Source of the DNA: the human T2T-CHM13v2.0 reference genome, Homo sapiens
Strand: one strand, 5' to 3'
NCBI RefSeq assembly: GCF_009914755.1
Contig: NC_060931.1
Length of the DNA stretch: 64,000 nt
The translations under genes were made by a program, and so were the position numbers. The notes under the pieces are model-generated. The model did not search any database and had not been told where the DNA came from. It was given only the letters and a program-made list of their open reading frames with translations. Shown piece by piece: positions 26,571 to 44,755 of the stretch (within the stretch, counting starts at the first letter, position 1; each line of letters starts with the position of its first letter).

Positions 26571-27422
26571 AGATTCAGCAGGGTCACCATTGGCCAATTA
26601 CTGGCTTACAGAACTTAGATTTTTTGAAAATCTAAAATCTTTATTCTTGATTCCCCATGTTATTTCAGAATAAGACAGAACCACCCCCACCTCTTAACTG
26701 TTTCACTGTTCTTTTATTAACAGAAAATTCTGGAATTCAGGTCTCAGTCCTGGAAGTTTTCCCAGCCCTTCACAATAGAAAAACAATTAGTACTTTATTC
26801 ACCTGCTACAAAAATTAACATCATATTTTGTGCAAAAAAAAAAGAAATAAAAAGTTACTTCCATCCGTGGGAGTAGCTCGATGATTTTGCCTGAAATAGA
26901 AGTGATAACAACACCTAGTTCCAAGTTCAACAAGCATAGAGTATGAAAAATCTAAAACTAATCTGAATTTTTTTTAGGAAAATATATCTTTTAACTAGAA
27001 CTGAATGGAAATGTGGAAATATTTCTAACTTTATATGAGGGTGTATCCAAACCCTGTATTAATGAATTCTAATTAATCACACTTTGCTTTATATTTGCCT
27101 GTAGCAATGCATATTTCAGGATAAATCTCCTGCAAGAAATCATTAAGATGATAAATTTTAGCCCATATTTCAATTATAAATGATTATTAAAAGCAAACAT
27201 ATGACTGATATATAAATTTCATTACAACAAAAACACATTACATACAAAAATCATTAATGAATTACACAAAAATTGTCCTTTCCTTTCTTCATTTAAGAAA
27301 AAATACTTCTGAGTCTTTGACTTATATTTTTGGCATCTTCTTTTCACCCTTTTTGAGAGATGCTCCTTTTTCAAAGACCAGTTTAAATGTCTCTATTCTT
27401 CAGAATGCTGAGTTGGCAATCC

Positions 27423-27798
27423 TGTTACTATGGTTTACCAAAGATCTGCTTTTCCTCCCTGGGAAAAAAAGTATACTCCCCCACCCCTCATAAGTCAGTT
27501 TTGGCCTTGTATCTTGCTTTGACAATGGAAATGTTAGCAGAAGTTTTATGTGTCACTTCCAGGCAAAAGCTGTAAGGGTTAATTCATGCTTCATCACATT
27601 CTTTTTCCCCTTGTATAATGATAAACAATGTTTCATATAAAAGTTGTTCTGGAAGGCTGCACCCAAGAGATAAGAGCAGAGTCTAAACCCACCCAATAAA
27701 TATGTAGTGAAAGTAAGAAGTAAATCTCCATTACTGTAAATCACTGAGATTTGAAGGTTTGCTACTGTAGCATAACCACATCTACTCTTACTGATAGA
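27423..27798 (+). mobile_element. MaLR LTR, MLT1 (I/J-like)
   Basis: cttgctttgacaatggaaatgttagcagaag...tgtgtcacttccaggcaaaagc...cactgagatttg...tactgtagcataacc...ctgata. Confidence 0.75.
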
Positions 27799-27829
27799 GC
27801 TAACTTATTGTATCTCTGTCTGTTCCTGG

Positions 27830-28620
27830 CTTTATAATCTTGACTGTAGCTGCCACCTATATGCTGATTATGTCCTCCTAAAAGTCTTCATCACCAGGAA
27901 TGACCATCTAAACCCGATATGTATTTTCCACATCCCTCGTGAACAATTTCATCTGGGTACCATTCAGGCAGTTTATAATGACCATTTTTTTTTTTAAAAA
28001 TGTTATACATGTTATTTTACTTCTATATTACTCATCTGTCAGAGTCTTCCTCACCTGTTTTCTCCCTCTCAGCTCCACTCCATATCTAATTTGTCATCAA
28101 GTTCTATCAATTCTGTAACCCAAATAGCTATTTAATCTGTTTCGTTCTCTTTAACTTCATTGCCGAAATTTTGGTTTAGACCCTCGTTGCTAATTTATTG
28201 GGATTTTTAAATAACCCTCCACATTGTTTCTACATCCAATATTGCACAATTTCAATTTATTCTCCAAATTGTCTCCAGTATGTTCTGTCTGAAATTCAAA
28301 GCTAATTTTATCACGTCACAGCTTGAAATCTACCAATAGTACCACCAACCATTCTGGACAAGATCTTACTATAGCATTTGGGATTCTTCATGCTCTTTCT
28401 CCACTTTTACCCACAGATATACCACCATTTCATCTTCCAATTTCCCAAACTGCTTCTACAGGCACCATATTACCTAAAACCACTGCTACTTCTCATGTTT
28501 TTGTTTCTCATATTGCTGTGCTCCCAACAACTGCCTAACTTTCTTCATCCCTGTAACCCAAAGTTACACCTCTGAGGACCACCAAAAGCCATAAGCTGCT
28601 ACACATGATACCTCTTAGCT
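27830..28620 (+). mobile_element. L2 fragments
   Basis: ccacctatatgctgat...ccatatctaatttgtcatcaagttct and a pyrimidine-rich L2 body. Confidence 0.5.
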
Positions 28621-28757
28621 CCTATTTAATTCATGTACATCATATGAGAAAAAGAATTGTCAGAAGAATACAAATAGAACCAGAAGCCTAATAGATCATG
28701 GAAACAAATGAAGTGCAGAATCTTTCAAAGGAAGGACTAATCAAAAGTGTTATAGTA

Positions 28758-29080
<323 letters not shown>

Positions 29081-29895
29081 AGTTTCACAGTAGGAAGACT
29101 CAGTTGGATAAGAATGACATTTTTTATGTTGGATTTAGCTATTAGCAAGAATGAAGGGTACTATAGTAGCCCATTTGCAGAAGGTTAAGCAGTAAGTGGA
29201 AAGTGGGACACGACATTAAATACAAACAACTCTCCTGAGTAGCATAGATGAGTCAGAACAGAAAGAAGTAGTGAGGTAGCTAGAGGAGACATACAAAGGA
29301 AGAATTTTCTCGGGATGGGATACCAGTAGAATTAGGAGACAGATTGATTAGAGCTGCTAGAGGGGCATTACAGTCAAACGTAATTTTTTAAGTGGGTGGA
29401 GGTCTGAGACAGTGGAATGGTAGAAAGAAATACAGTGGCTGAGAAACTCATGCTTTTCCAGGAAAGGAGGGAATATAGGAGACAAATTTAGGCTTAGGCA
29501 TGTAGAATTCATAGTGAGAGTAGGCCTGGGAAGTAGAAATATCCTACAGATTTGAAAACATTGGTGTGATAATAGATGAAAGGTCAAACTTGACCTTTTG
29601 TAAATCACATACTTTGATTTCCTAAGAAAACAAGACCAAGAAACTATCAAATTGTTCTCAGAAGGATGAAGCGCAGAGTTGCATTTATCAACTTCCAATC
29701 TATTTTCAAAACAGTATTTTTAATATGATTTTACCAACTATCCTTGACAAAAACATTTTACCACATAAAATGAATTTTCTGTCTTTAAAAATTGTGAATG
29801 ATCTACAAAACCAAGTTTAAATAATGTGGAGAGCTGGACAATGTGCAAGCTATGTAAATATATATAAAGAGACAAAGAGCCACAGTAAATTCTCA

Positions 29896-30000
29896 AAAGA
29901 AAGAAAGAAGGAGAAAGAGAGAGGGAAGGAGTGGCATAGAAAAAGATAGAGAGAGAGAAAAAAAAAAGGAGGAGGAGGAGGGGGAGGGAAGGAAAGAAAA
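29896..30000 (+). repeat. Polypurine low-complexity tract (GA/GGA-rich)
   Basis: About 105 nt almost entirely A/G, including (GA)n, an A run and (GGA)4. Confidence 0.85.
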
Positions 30001-31859
30001 TCATTTTTCTTTTTTTTAAATTTGGAGATGTAGAATGATCTTTCCTCTCTGGGGTCATCCAATTTCTTTGAAATTAATTTTCCCTTGGCAAAATCAACCT
30101 AAAAATATTGGGATTCCATTCCTGATTTGTATGTATTTTTTGAAGATTCACTAGATGTTGCTTATAGGGCAAATGGTCACCTTAGCTAAAGTTATTCTCT
30201 ATGTATAAATTATGAGTCTATATACAGACACAAATAAAATTAAATGCTAGCTATAACATTGCTTTAAGGGAATATTATTTCTAAGAGTTCAGCATTATTT
30301 CTAATTAAACTATTTTTCCTGAAATCAAGTTTTTAGAGGTTCTGTAGATTTCTTTTGCCTAAGAAAAATTTAAAACTCTGTGTTGTTGGCTGAGTGCCTC
30401 TCACCTTACACTTTTAGCTTGAAGCAGCTTTTTGTTACAAATACTTAGGGTTGGTGTACATAACATCTTTGAAATACTTTACTAAGTTTTTCTACACAAT
30501 TTTGACTTTATCTTCTTAGAGGCGTAATAAAAAGGGATATGGATAGCCACATAGCCCATTGCCCTAGTAGCACTTCTGCATATGTTGTTAAAAAATGTGT
30601 GCATGGGTTTACATCAATAATCCATATGATGTTTGAATGTTCAAAGGAGTTCCACAATCAGGTGGCCAAACATCCTGATAGGACTTCTTTTTCTGTTTAA
30701 CTCACTGATTGATATTAGAAAAATACAATGAGTCCATGACATTAGAAAAAATATATATATACAAGGAAAACTACTTTTTTGATGCTCTGATTATGACACT
30801 TCAAACATTGCAGAAGGGCACTGCTTACGTTTTAACTTTTAGTTTTACGTCCCTTTACAAGTTTAGTTTTTCCCTTATTCATGCCGTCATCACTTTAGTT
30901 TATCATTGTTACTAAGCCCTGGAAATAGACCAGCAGCTTTGGACTTGCAGGAACCATTTGAGCAATTACTAGTTGACAGATGGGGGAAGCACTTACAGCT
31001 CTCTGGTGGCCTGTGTGAAATGCATCAGTAGCCTCCATCTAGACTGGTGAATAAGTGTCCACATCAAGAAAAATATGCCATTTCAATTGATGCTAATAAG
31101 TCTCAGAAATATATAACCTGAATGAGAGAGTTCTAGTTCATTGTCTTTCCTTACTTTGTGATAAATTTTCTTTGCACACATTATAACTATGAATTTTTTA
31201 TCTTTTGTAAAAATTGTAATCCAGTTCTGGCAATAATTAACATGGATAGAGACCAACTAGCTATTTTACGATGCACACTGCTATGGTTAGATCAACTAAG
31301 GAGAATATAATAAAGTTCAGGAAGTCACTCTTTGTACATAGAATCAAGAAAAATAAAATCCTGTATTAGAGAATGCAGGATGGTGGGGGGAAAAATTATC
31401 ACTTTGTATAAAAAACAAAGAAATAGGATTGGTCAGAAAATTATCCCAGATGCAGATTCTATCTGACAATTTTGTTGAAAAATTAAGTTCTGAAACTTTA
31501 GCTTCCTTTTGTATTTTTAGACCCAACCATTACCTTGGAAAGCAAATTGATTGGTACCCAAAGCAATGTGTTTCAAGCATCGATAATTGGGGCTAAGGAA
31601 AATCTTAGGGCTACATAGAGGATGGCAGAAAAACACCACACATAACTATTTGTGAATTTGGATACTGGCAACAAATGTCTGAACAATTCATTAAAATAGG
31701 CAAAAATAATGGATTATCTCATAGATCAATACCCAGTCAAAATAATTAATTTATATAATTATCTCAATATTGCATTTTATTTTGCATAGTTCAATACAAT
31801 TCTCTGTAATACTTTCCATTTACATGGCTTCTGAGATTTTACCTTTTTTCAAAGGTGTT

Positions 31860-32135
31860 TTTCTAACTATGCAATTTAAAAAGTAGCTCCCCTCCATAGG
31901 GAGGTTATACTTTATCGTTTATTTTCTTCATAGTTGTTAAATTTATCTGAAATATTATCTATGTATTTGTCAACTTGGTTTTTGTCTATCTCCCTGTGAT
32001 AATGAAAGCTTGATGACAACAGAGACCACATCTATCTTATTCATCCCTATAATATCCCTGTATTCATCTGTCTTATTCGGGCCCTGGATAAAGGTCTGCC
32101 ACATGGAAGATGCTCACAACTTTGTTTAATTAACA
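31860..32135 (+). mobile_element. L2 3' end
   Basis: gtctatctccctgtgataatgaaagcttgatgacaacagagaccacatctatcttattcatc...gtctgccacatggaagatgctca. Confidence 0.65.
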
Positions 32136-34524
32136 TATGACATAACAGTTGTTTACTTTGATACAAGCTTACCAAATTTTGGTGAAAATGTTTAAAATGT
32201 ATGCATTTCAGCTGCATAGGTAAAACTTATTTTACCTTCCCCCAAAACATCTGAGTCACTAAAATAATCAAAAGAAAGAGAAAATGCATAAATTTATCAC
32301 TTTGCCACTCCAGTAAATTATTCCGTGTTCATCTTGTAATGTGTTGGAGTTAACCTGTCTCTGAACAAGATATACATTCGCTTTTGATATGTGTGGATGT
32401 AGGGAGTGTTTTTGTCAGGCACTGACACCATTTGGGAGGTTATCTTCTCCAGTACTTAATATTATCTTAATATGCTACTGCAACTTTACTGTGGTTAATA
32501 TCACCCCAACACCACTGACCTGTAACAGCATATAAGAGAAGAAAAACATTAGTATTGATGAAACCTGACCTCCTTAAAAGCTAGTGATGTAACAGCCTCA
32601 AGATGTGTGATACTGATTTTTGTATGGAACTTGCTTTAGTGAATTTATTCTTTTTAAATGAGATTTAGCACCATAAATCACTCTAAGTTTTGTCAAATAG
32701 AAAATTAGGTCAGAAATAAAGTCAAAACTGAAAGAGAAAGTATTTAGAATGTCATTTGTGTCCGTTTAATATTTAAATTCTCAAACATAATCAGAAGTTT
32801 TACCTTCAGAAAAGCCGCTGGAAAGACCTTGAGCTTTCTACCCAACTGCTCACATTTCCAGGAGGAAGAAGGAATCCAAAAGCGAAGGGAAGGTAGAAAT
32901 GCAGGCAGTAATTTAGTCAGCTGTGCTAAAGGAGTTACAAAGTGCACACAGGTGGAAGGGATTATTGCCTTTGCGAGGGTGATTTCACAGGAGGTCCTGA
33001 TCCACTGCCGCCCACCACCTCAATTGTTTTCATCTGTTGAGTGATGCTAGCATTTTCATTCCTATTAGCTTAAGTCTCTGCTCCAGGTTGATAACAATAA
33101 TAAACATATCTGGAGGAATTATGACCTGAATTTCACTAGGTAACCTTATTTATGAAAGAGGAAAGAATATACAAGAGAAACTTGGATGGGTTAGGTGGAT
33201 GATAAAGTGGCGAGTGCAGCTTGAAAGACCATTTGACACATTCACAGTGTGTCAACTTATTCTCTCTTTGCCTTCTCTAAAGCCAAGCAAAGAAGAAAGC
33301 TCCAGGAATGCTTTTCACCTGTTTTGTTCTCTACTATGTGTAGGTCTGCCTTTAAAAGTGAAAGGTAATAGATTGATGGGGCAGAGAGAGAATCAGGTTT
33401 AATCATAAACAGAACTTCAAAATAGTTGAATCTTTTCTTTAGCACCTCTGACTTCCTTCTTGTGACTGAGAATACCCTCTTGTTTTATCCATCCATCTTA
33501 TTCTCCCTTTCTGCTCAACCCAAACCTCTGGGGTCAGAAATGATTGATGATCCACCCGCTACAATACATCTTCCAGGGATGTATAAGGAGAAAATGGAAT
33601 TAACATTTTAGTAGACATTATAATCTAGGTGTTTTATATATGCCATATTATGTACTCACCAAAATAAATTGATGAATTAAGTGTTATACCATTTCACAGA
33701 TAAGAAAACTGAGGTTTTATAATCTGTTCTTCATTACTCAGTTTCTGATCTGCATTCAGGTGCTATTTTTTTCTGACCTTAAAACCTGCTTCTCTTCTAT
33801 GTATTGCACTGCCTCTCCTTCTATCTCCTTATCCAGACTTACCCTCAGTTGGCCAAACAATTGGATTAACTAGATCCACCAAAGCCTGAATAATGAATCA
33901 GACTTATGTTCTCCCTCCATGGAATACATATATTTACATAAGAGAAAACATCCTTAACTAATGAAGGATTTCCTAAGGTAAATTTTCTGGGCTAAGTATT
34001 ACTTTTCCAGTGGAGTGACTTTGAGGCTGAATGCCTCACTGGCTTCATTTAGCAGGTCATGGCTCTCAAATAGTCAAATATAGTTAGTCCAAAAAGACAA
34101 CTAAGCATTGTACTACACTTTTTTTGTGATTGTTACTGGCAGGATTTGAGGCAGCTGCTGTAATATTTGGATTTGAAGCAGTTGCTATAACATTGTTTGC
34201 TGGAGGGATTGGGTCCATTCTTAATAAATGTGTTTGTCATGTTTCTAATTTTCTTTCTGCACTCTTCAAATGCTGTTGCTTTCAAAGTTTAAACTGAGAT
34301 AAACTCAGTTTGGTGTTATTGGCACTGTAGTTTCACGTAGGATATCTAGAGAGTGGAGAAGCAACATGAATTCCTGGCAAGAACAGACTTTTCCAAATGA
34401 ACTGCTTTAGTTAAATGTCAGAGAGTAATACATTTACCTATCTCGTAGCTACTTACTCATGTTCATATGGTGTTAATGCTAGCATCTCACTGGGCAGTTT
34501 GTCTAGAGCAAACAGCTTCACATA

Positions 34525-34770
34525 AATCATGTAGTATAAGAATAAAGGCGTCAAGCTTCAAAGCCGAACTTTCTGAATTTGAATCCCACTCTGTTAACTA
34601 GTAGCTTTGTGGACTAGATTAACTCAAGTAACTTCCTTTGCTTAGATTTTGACTGTATGAAAAGGGAATAATTACAGTGTCCACCTCATTACTCATATGA
34701 TTAAATGGGCAATGCATATTAAGTGCATAAAACAGTACCTGACATATTGTGTTAACTATATGTGAAATTG
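34525..34770 (+). mobile_element. MIR
   Basis: tgaatttgaatcccactctgttaactagtagctttgtg...ctcaagtaactt...aacagtacctgacata. Confidence 0.75.
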
Positions 34771-34985
34771 CTTTGTAATTCACATAGCGCTTTCTGAAAC
34801 ATGTGATGTTATTGTTTTGCATCACATGGGGCAAGAGAGGACTTCTTGTCCCCTTTTTTAGGATGAGAAATCAGGATTCATGTGAAGCTAATAGAAGACC
34901 TGTGTGATTGACCCTGCATTCAATCCCTAAATAACAAAGTAGGTAATATGCAAAGAAAGTGGTGCTCACCAATTGCATAAAGTGG

Positions 34986-35657
34986 TGTTAATGGCAGTGA
35001 ATGTGTATGGGTCTACAGCAACCTCAATTCTTGCCTCCTCAGAAAAAAGAATTCAACCAAGGGGGCATAAGGCAGAGTGAGAGACTGTGGCAAGTTTTAG
35101 AACAGGAATGAAAGGAAGTAAAGTATACATGGAAGACAGTCAAGCGGGTAACTTGAGAGATCAAGTGTACAGTTTGACATTTTGATTTCGGGTTTTATAT
35201 GTTGGCATGTATCTGGGGTCTTGCATTACTTCTCCCTTGATTCTTCTTTTTGGGTGGGCTGTCCGCATATGCAGTGGCCTGCTAGTGCTTGGGAGTGGGG
35301 CATACACAGTGTGTTTACTGGAGCTGTATACATGCTCACTTGAGGACTTTCTCCTTACCAGTCAAATGCTCCTAAGAAGGTCATATACCAGTTAAACTCT
35401 GACATTTTGTCTTTTAGTGTACATGCTGGAGCCCATTCACCCAACTCCTGAGATCTTATTAGGAAGCGCCTGATCACTAGCTTCAGGTTTTTTCTATCTA
35501 TTGGGAGGCTGCCTTTCCTGGTGCTGGCTGCAACCAATTATTTTAGACAGGCAATTAACAACCACTTGACCATCACCTGTTGGTGGCCTGACATTCCTGG
35601 TGGGGGAGGGTGCTCTCTCCTGCCCTGCTCATGTCTGCCTAACTACCCACTGCAACA
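34986..35657 (-). mobile_element. Solo ERV1-class LTR (MER50/LTR9-like)
   Basis: TG...CA termini with a perfect 4-bp TSD GTGG (34982-34985 / 35658-35661); motifs cagcaacctcaattcttgcctcctcaga and cctgccctgctcatgtctgcc. Confidence 0.88.
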
Positions 35658-35946
35658 GTGGAAGACTAGGAAAAAGAGATGCTGGACCACTGAAGGTAAC
35701 ATGAGAATTCAATATTGCTTCTCATAACCAAAGAAAAGAAAATTCTGTAAGAACTCAGGGAAGATAATGAAACTAAAAAAAAAAAAATTGCTAAATGGGT
35801 CATTAGAAACAGTGGGTCACAATGATACAATGTAATAATTTAGAAGCTATCTTAACAACAAAAGTGATAAAGGCAAACTTAAGAATTATTATAGACAAAA
35901 GCAAGAATATGGTTGAGCATATAGCTGTTTTATATTAGTTTAACTT

Positions 35947-36099
35947 GCTGAGCATGGTGGCTCATATCTGTAATCTTAGGGCTTTGGGAGGCCAAGACTG
36001 AAGGATCACTTCAGCCCAGGAGTTTTTGAGACTGCAGTGAGCTATGATTATGTCACTGCACTCCAGCCTGGGCAACAGACTAAAAGTCTGTCTCTAAAA

Positions 36100-36134
<35 letters not shown>

Positions 36135-36143
36135 AAATAAATA
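35947..36143 (+). mobile_element. Alu monomer (FAM/FRAM-like or arm-recombined AluJ) with (TAAA)n tail
   Basis: Left-arm-like start joined to a right-arm end (gactgcagtgagctatgatt...ccagcctgggcaacaga), then a (TAAA)n run. Confidence 0.85.
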
Positions 36144-36145
36144 AT

Positions 36146-36460
36146 GAGCCTGCCATGGTGGCTCATGCCTGTATTCCCAACACTTTGGGAGGCAAACGCT
36201 GGCAGATTGCTTGAGTCTAGGAGTTCAAGACCAGCCTGGGCAACATGGTGAAACCCTGACTCTACAAAAAATACAAAAATTAGCTGAGCATGGTGATGTG
36301 CGCCTGTAATCGCAGCTACTTGGGGGACTGAGGTGGGAGGATCACTTCAGCCCAGGAGGTCGAGGCTGCAGTAAGCCATGATGGTGCTACTGTACTCCAG
36401 CCTGGGTGACAAAGCAAAAAACACTATATCAAAATAAATAAGTAAATAATAAAAATAAAA
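36146..36460 (+). mobile_element. AluJb inserted at the tail of the preceding Alu
   Basis: Full two-arm AluJ with gcagattgcttgagtctaggagttcaagacc and aggtcgaggctgcagtaagccatg. Confidence 0.92.
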
Positions 36461-38754
36461 TTATATATAATAATATATATAATATTCATTGTATGTAACA
36501 AATTATGTATTTATATGTAATATTTTATATATAATATACACTTTAGATATATCTGTGTGTATATATTATTTAAAGTTTAACTGAGCATTACAGTAGAGCA
36601 AGTAAAATTTTGAAGTACCAAGCTAAACTTTGAAAGTGACCTTTTCTCCAGATGTATCAAGACATGATCAACAAAAGTACAGGCAATAACACTCTCTCAT
36701 TGTCAGCGGGGAAAAATTTACCAGCTAACGGCTTGAAAAGGGAGGTATGGAATGTAGAGAAAAGCAGCAGAAAAAGAGGAAGAAAAGTTCCAGAGACAAG
36801 TTCATCTACATACAAAAATGAGTTTCACTACCACTGCTCCTTCATGCCATCCACCACCCATGAATCCCCAGAGACACTACCATGGACTACTATTTCAAAA
36901 CAATCTATCTGTTATGCAAACCAAAGACAGGAAGCTTTTACCAAATCTCTAGATTTTAAAATGAAAATAGGTGAGAAGAGGTAAAATTCAGGAACATTCC
37001 AGGATAGCTGACCATTAGTAGAGATCTCTGCTCAGGGACTGACCACAAGTTGACCCTCAGCCTCACATACATTTTCCCATGTAAACTGAAAAATTTAATA
37101 TGTTCTATTACACCACTGGAATGGTCTCAATTCAAAATGTATTTGTGATATTAAACATCTCCTTCTAAAAATGAAAATGCCTCCGGGAATGTGAGGAAAT
37201 TTGCCTCTAAATATTTAGCAGAGAAGAACCACTAAAAAACTGCTAAATATTTAGCAGGAGAATTGGAGTTCTTTTTAAGTAGGATGGAGGTAAATAACTT
37301 AGAAGGAAAGTAAGTTTTAGGGGACAAGTGAGATCTCAGCATGAGGTGCAGTGAGGACATAGAGCAACAGAACAACACATGCTGGGTGCCTGGGGAAGTA
37401 GAAGAAAGAAGAAAGGGAAATACGAAAGCACCACAGTTTAATTTTGCCTAAATTTTAACTTTTGCTTTAGATTCTTGTCCCGAGAAAGTAAAGAAACTCT
37501 TTTCCTTTGCTACTCTATTGTAAATTGCATGGCCCCCAGAACTTGGATTAGATTTGGAAATTAATATTTTATTTTGATTGCTCATTATCAGTTAACAGGC
37601 ATCTGAGCACTCTTTTCAAACCTAGTAATGAAGACTTTTTGGAGAACATGTTCCCAACATCTTAGATCTTTCCTGTCCCATGAAGAATAAACCTTCTGAA
37701 AAAGACTGCAGTCATAAATATAGGACAAAATGTAAAAACTAAGAGGTAATTTATAATTTTTAGAAGTGGTCAGTGCCTAGATTCTACTAGATTCTACCTC
37801 CTGGGAGAGAGATTGAGAACGCACAGGAGTAAACAGCATTAAGAAGCTGGAAACTGGGGACATTTCCAGGAAATGGGTAGAGTAAAGTGATCATGTGAAA
37901 CTTCTGCCAGATATTAATTATCAAATAAATCTAAAGGAAAATATAAAAAAGAAAAACTAAAGTCACTAAAGCTTTTTTTTAGGAAGCTAGGGAAGAGCTT
38001 ACTCTTAACAAACTGCAACTAGAATGAAGAAAAATTAACACAGTTTAGAGAACTGTGGGTTAACATATAAAGACACAAGCCATCGCACAAAGGAAAGAAC
38101 AAAAGGTGAGCTCTTCAACTACCACAGCTACAGGGATAGGAAAGGGAGCATTTGAAAACCTCAACTTTACAGCTCAAGGTGACAGAGAACAGAGTGCGGG
38201 GCTGGCAGAACATCTGGAAATTTAAAGAAAAAATACTGCCAACAAAAGAAGCAAAGAAATGAGACCCAAAATTTAAGTATAAATTCTGCCCATATCCCTA
38301 GCTGACAGCTAAATTACTCACGCTTGGGAAGGAACTTATGAAGCATGGTGAAAAATTAGGCAAAACCAAAGAGGACTCTACTATTGAAAGAGAAAGACAG
38401 GAGAAAATTGTGAGTTTAGTGCTTTAATAACTCAGTATATTTCACTAAACATTAATTAGATGGCTAAAATTTAAAGACTGAAAATTCTATGCATTACTAA
38501 GAACGCAGAACAAATAAAATTCTCATACATTGCTGGTGGGATGTATATTTGTCCTGCCACTTTGGAAAGGAATTTGGCAATCTTAAATTTAAATGTACAA
38601 TTATCATATTACCATACAGTAACACTCATGTTTATCTGAGAAAGATGAAAACATATGTCTGTACAAAGATCTGTATTTGAACATTCATAGTAAGTTAATC
38701 ATTAATCATAACAGTTCAAAACTGAAAATAATCCAAATGTCCATCAATCTATGA

Positions 38755-41750
<2,996 letters not shown>

Positions 41751-42648
41751 CTAATTTTTGTATATTTTGCAGAGATGAGGTTTCGCCATGTTGGCCAGGC
41801 TGGTCTCAAACTTCTGACCTCAGGTGATCCATCCTCCTAGGTCTCCAAAGGTGCTGGGATTACAGGTGTGAGCCACCACGCCTGGCCTATAGTAATTTTT
41901 TTATACAAAGAAATACTGCTAAGTAATATTAAATGATTGAACAGCTGATACAGCAACAACATGGACGTATCTCAAAATCATTAAGCTGATTTAAAGAGCC
42001 CAGATACAAGAGTATACACTGTATTATCCCATTTGTATGAAATTATAGAAAATGCAAACTAATCTATAGTGACAGAAAACAGATCAGTAGTTTTCCATGT
42101 TGGGTTGGGAGAGGTGGACAGCAAAGTGAAATATAAAAATTTCTGGAGTGGTGGAATTGACCTATATCCTGACTAGGTTGGTTGTTACACAGGTATTTAC
42201 ATTTGTCAAAACCCATCAAACTGTACACTTAAAATGGGGCCGTTTACTGTCTATGGATTATGCCTCAGTGAAGTTGACACAAAAAGGTAGCTAGTGACTT
42301 CTAGTTAATAGCAGTGACTCAAAAGTTGTTTTTTATATGTCTTTAAACAATTCTTTATATAATCCAGTTATTTTGTAAAATAGCAAACCCAACAATGCTT
42401 GTGACTAAAAAGCCGAAATGTAAGATCAAGTGAGATTGGAGCAGTTCTTGCTTCTCCATTTCCCCTCCATTTGTGTGTGCAGTTTTCCTCCTCTTGCCCC
42501 CTCCTCCTACTCTCTCCCCACACATCTGATACTTAAAAATCCTTACCACTTGAAAGTTGTTTATACAGTTTAAAATTTCAGTACATAAAAGCTTGGGTTC
42601 TTTATAGAAAATATCCTTAAGAAATGAGTGAATAAATATTGTGAGGGT

Positions 42649-43597
<949 letters not shown>

Positions 43598-43769
43598 GAG
43601 GAAAAGATTTTGTTTGTTTTTATTTTGATATATATAGAAGGGACTTTAGAGATCACGTAGTCCACCATGGTGAATTGTCAGATCCATTGCCTTCCTCCTC
43701 TATGAACAGAATCATAATTTTATTTGGTAGGACATTACTCTTAAATGAAATCCAACAAATAAACAAACA

Positions 43770-44194
43770 ATAATTCCACTCCAATATCCACTCCCTTGAA
43801 CTAGCAGTGAGCATATGGCACAAGTAATGACATATAAGCAGAAATGACTGGGCAGCGCCTACGGGAAAATCTAAAGCAGCTGATACAACTTTTATTCTAC
43901 ACTCTTCCTTGTCTTGTTTCCTTAAAGAGAGACATAAAACTGGAGTCAGGAAAGCCATCTTGCAACCACTAGGTTATAAGTATAAAAGCAAAAGTATAAG
44001 AGCAACTCCAAGGGTGAGGGATTAGAAAGCTAAGTGGAGCCTAAGTCCTGATGGCTTCCTGGGGCTACCAAGCCCACCCTGTATTTTCTAGTTCTGAAAT
44101 TTTTGTTACTCACTAAACAAAACAAAACACCTTATTTGCTTAAGCCACTGTCTATTTAATTTTATATGCCACTGAATCTATTCCTAAATGATAC
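43770..44194 (+). mobile_element. MaLR LTR, MLT1 (J/K-like)
   Basis: agccatcttgcaaccac...ggagcctaagtcctgatg...cttatttgcttaagccactg...cctaaatgataca. Confidence 0.65.
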
Positions 44195-44589
44195 AATGAT
44201 ACCTGCATCCCCTTCATCTCCTTTTACAGATAAGAGAATGAAGGTAAAGGAGGTTAAGTAGCTTCCTTCACTAAGTTCTACCTCTACTTAAATGATCCAG
44301 TTCTGCAATCCAGTTCTATTGACTCACAATACCATAACATATTTTCCAATAAAAAAAAAGTTCATAGAAGAGAAACTGGTGCGATAAATTTATTCATTCA
44401 ACCATGCAAGTCTAGAAAAGCTAAAAAAAAATACTAGCATTAATGCCTTGAATTATATATAGATGCTTACATTTGAAGAATTTCATTGTGTGTTGAGTAG
44501 TGGATTTGCAGTAAAAAAATACCTAATAGGAATTAAAAATACTAAAAATTCAAATACATGTCTTCTTGAGCTAAATTGAAATTGAAATA

Positions 44590-44755
44590 GCAAGAAAAGA
44601 AGAATTGAAGTGTTCCCAATCCACACAGAAAAGAGAAATGTTTGAGGTGATTTTTATCCCAGTTACCCTGGTTTGATCATTACACATTGTATACATGCAT
44701 CAAAATATCACATGTACCCCAAAATATGTACAACTATTATGTATCAATAAAAAAC
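44590..44755 (+). mobile_element. L1MA 3' terminal fragment
   Basis: aaatgtttgaggtgat...ttaccctggtttgatcattacacattgtatacatg...aaatatcacatgtacccc...tgtatcaataaaaaa. Confidence 0.8.

Noticed and set aside
32804-32925. 117-nt open - strand segment between AG and AAG|GTAAAA
   Set aside because: Weak splice signals and no homology; cannot be supported as an exon.
37860-38420. Unclassified purine-rich stretch upstream of the L1M fragment
   Set aside because: Most likely a decayed L1M 5' region; I cannot assign it with confidence.
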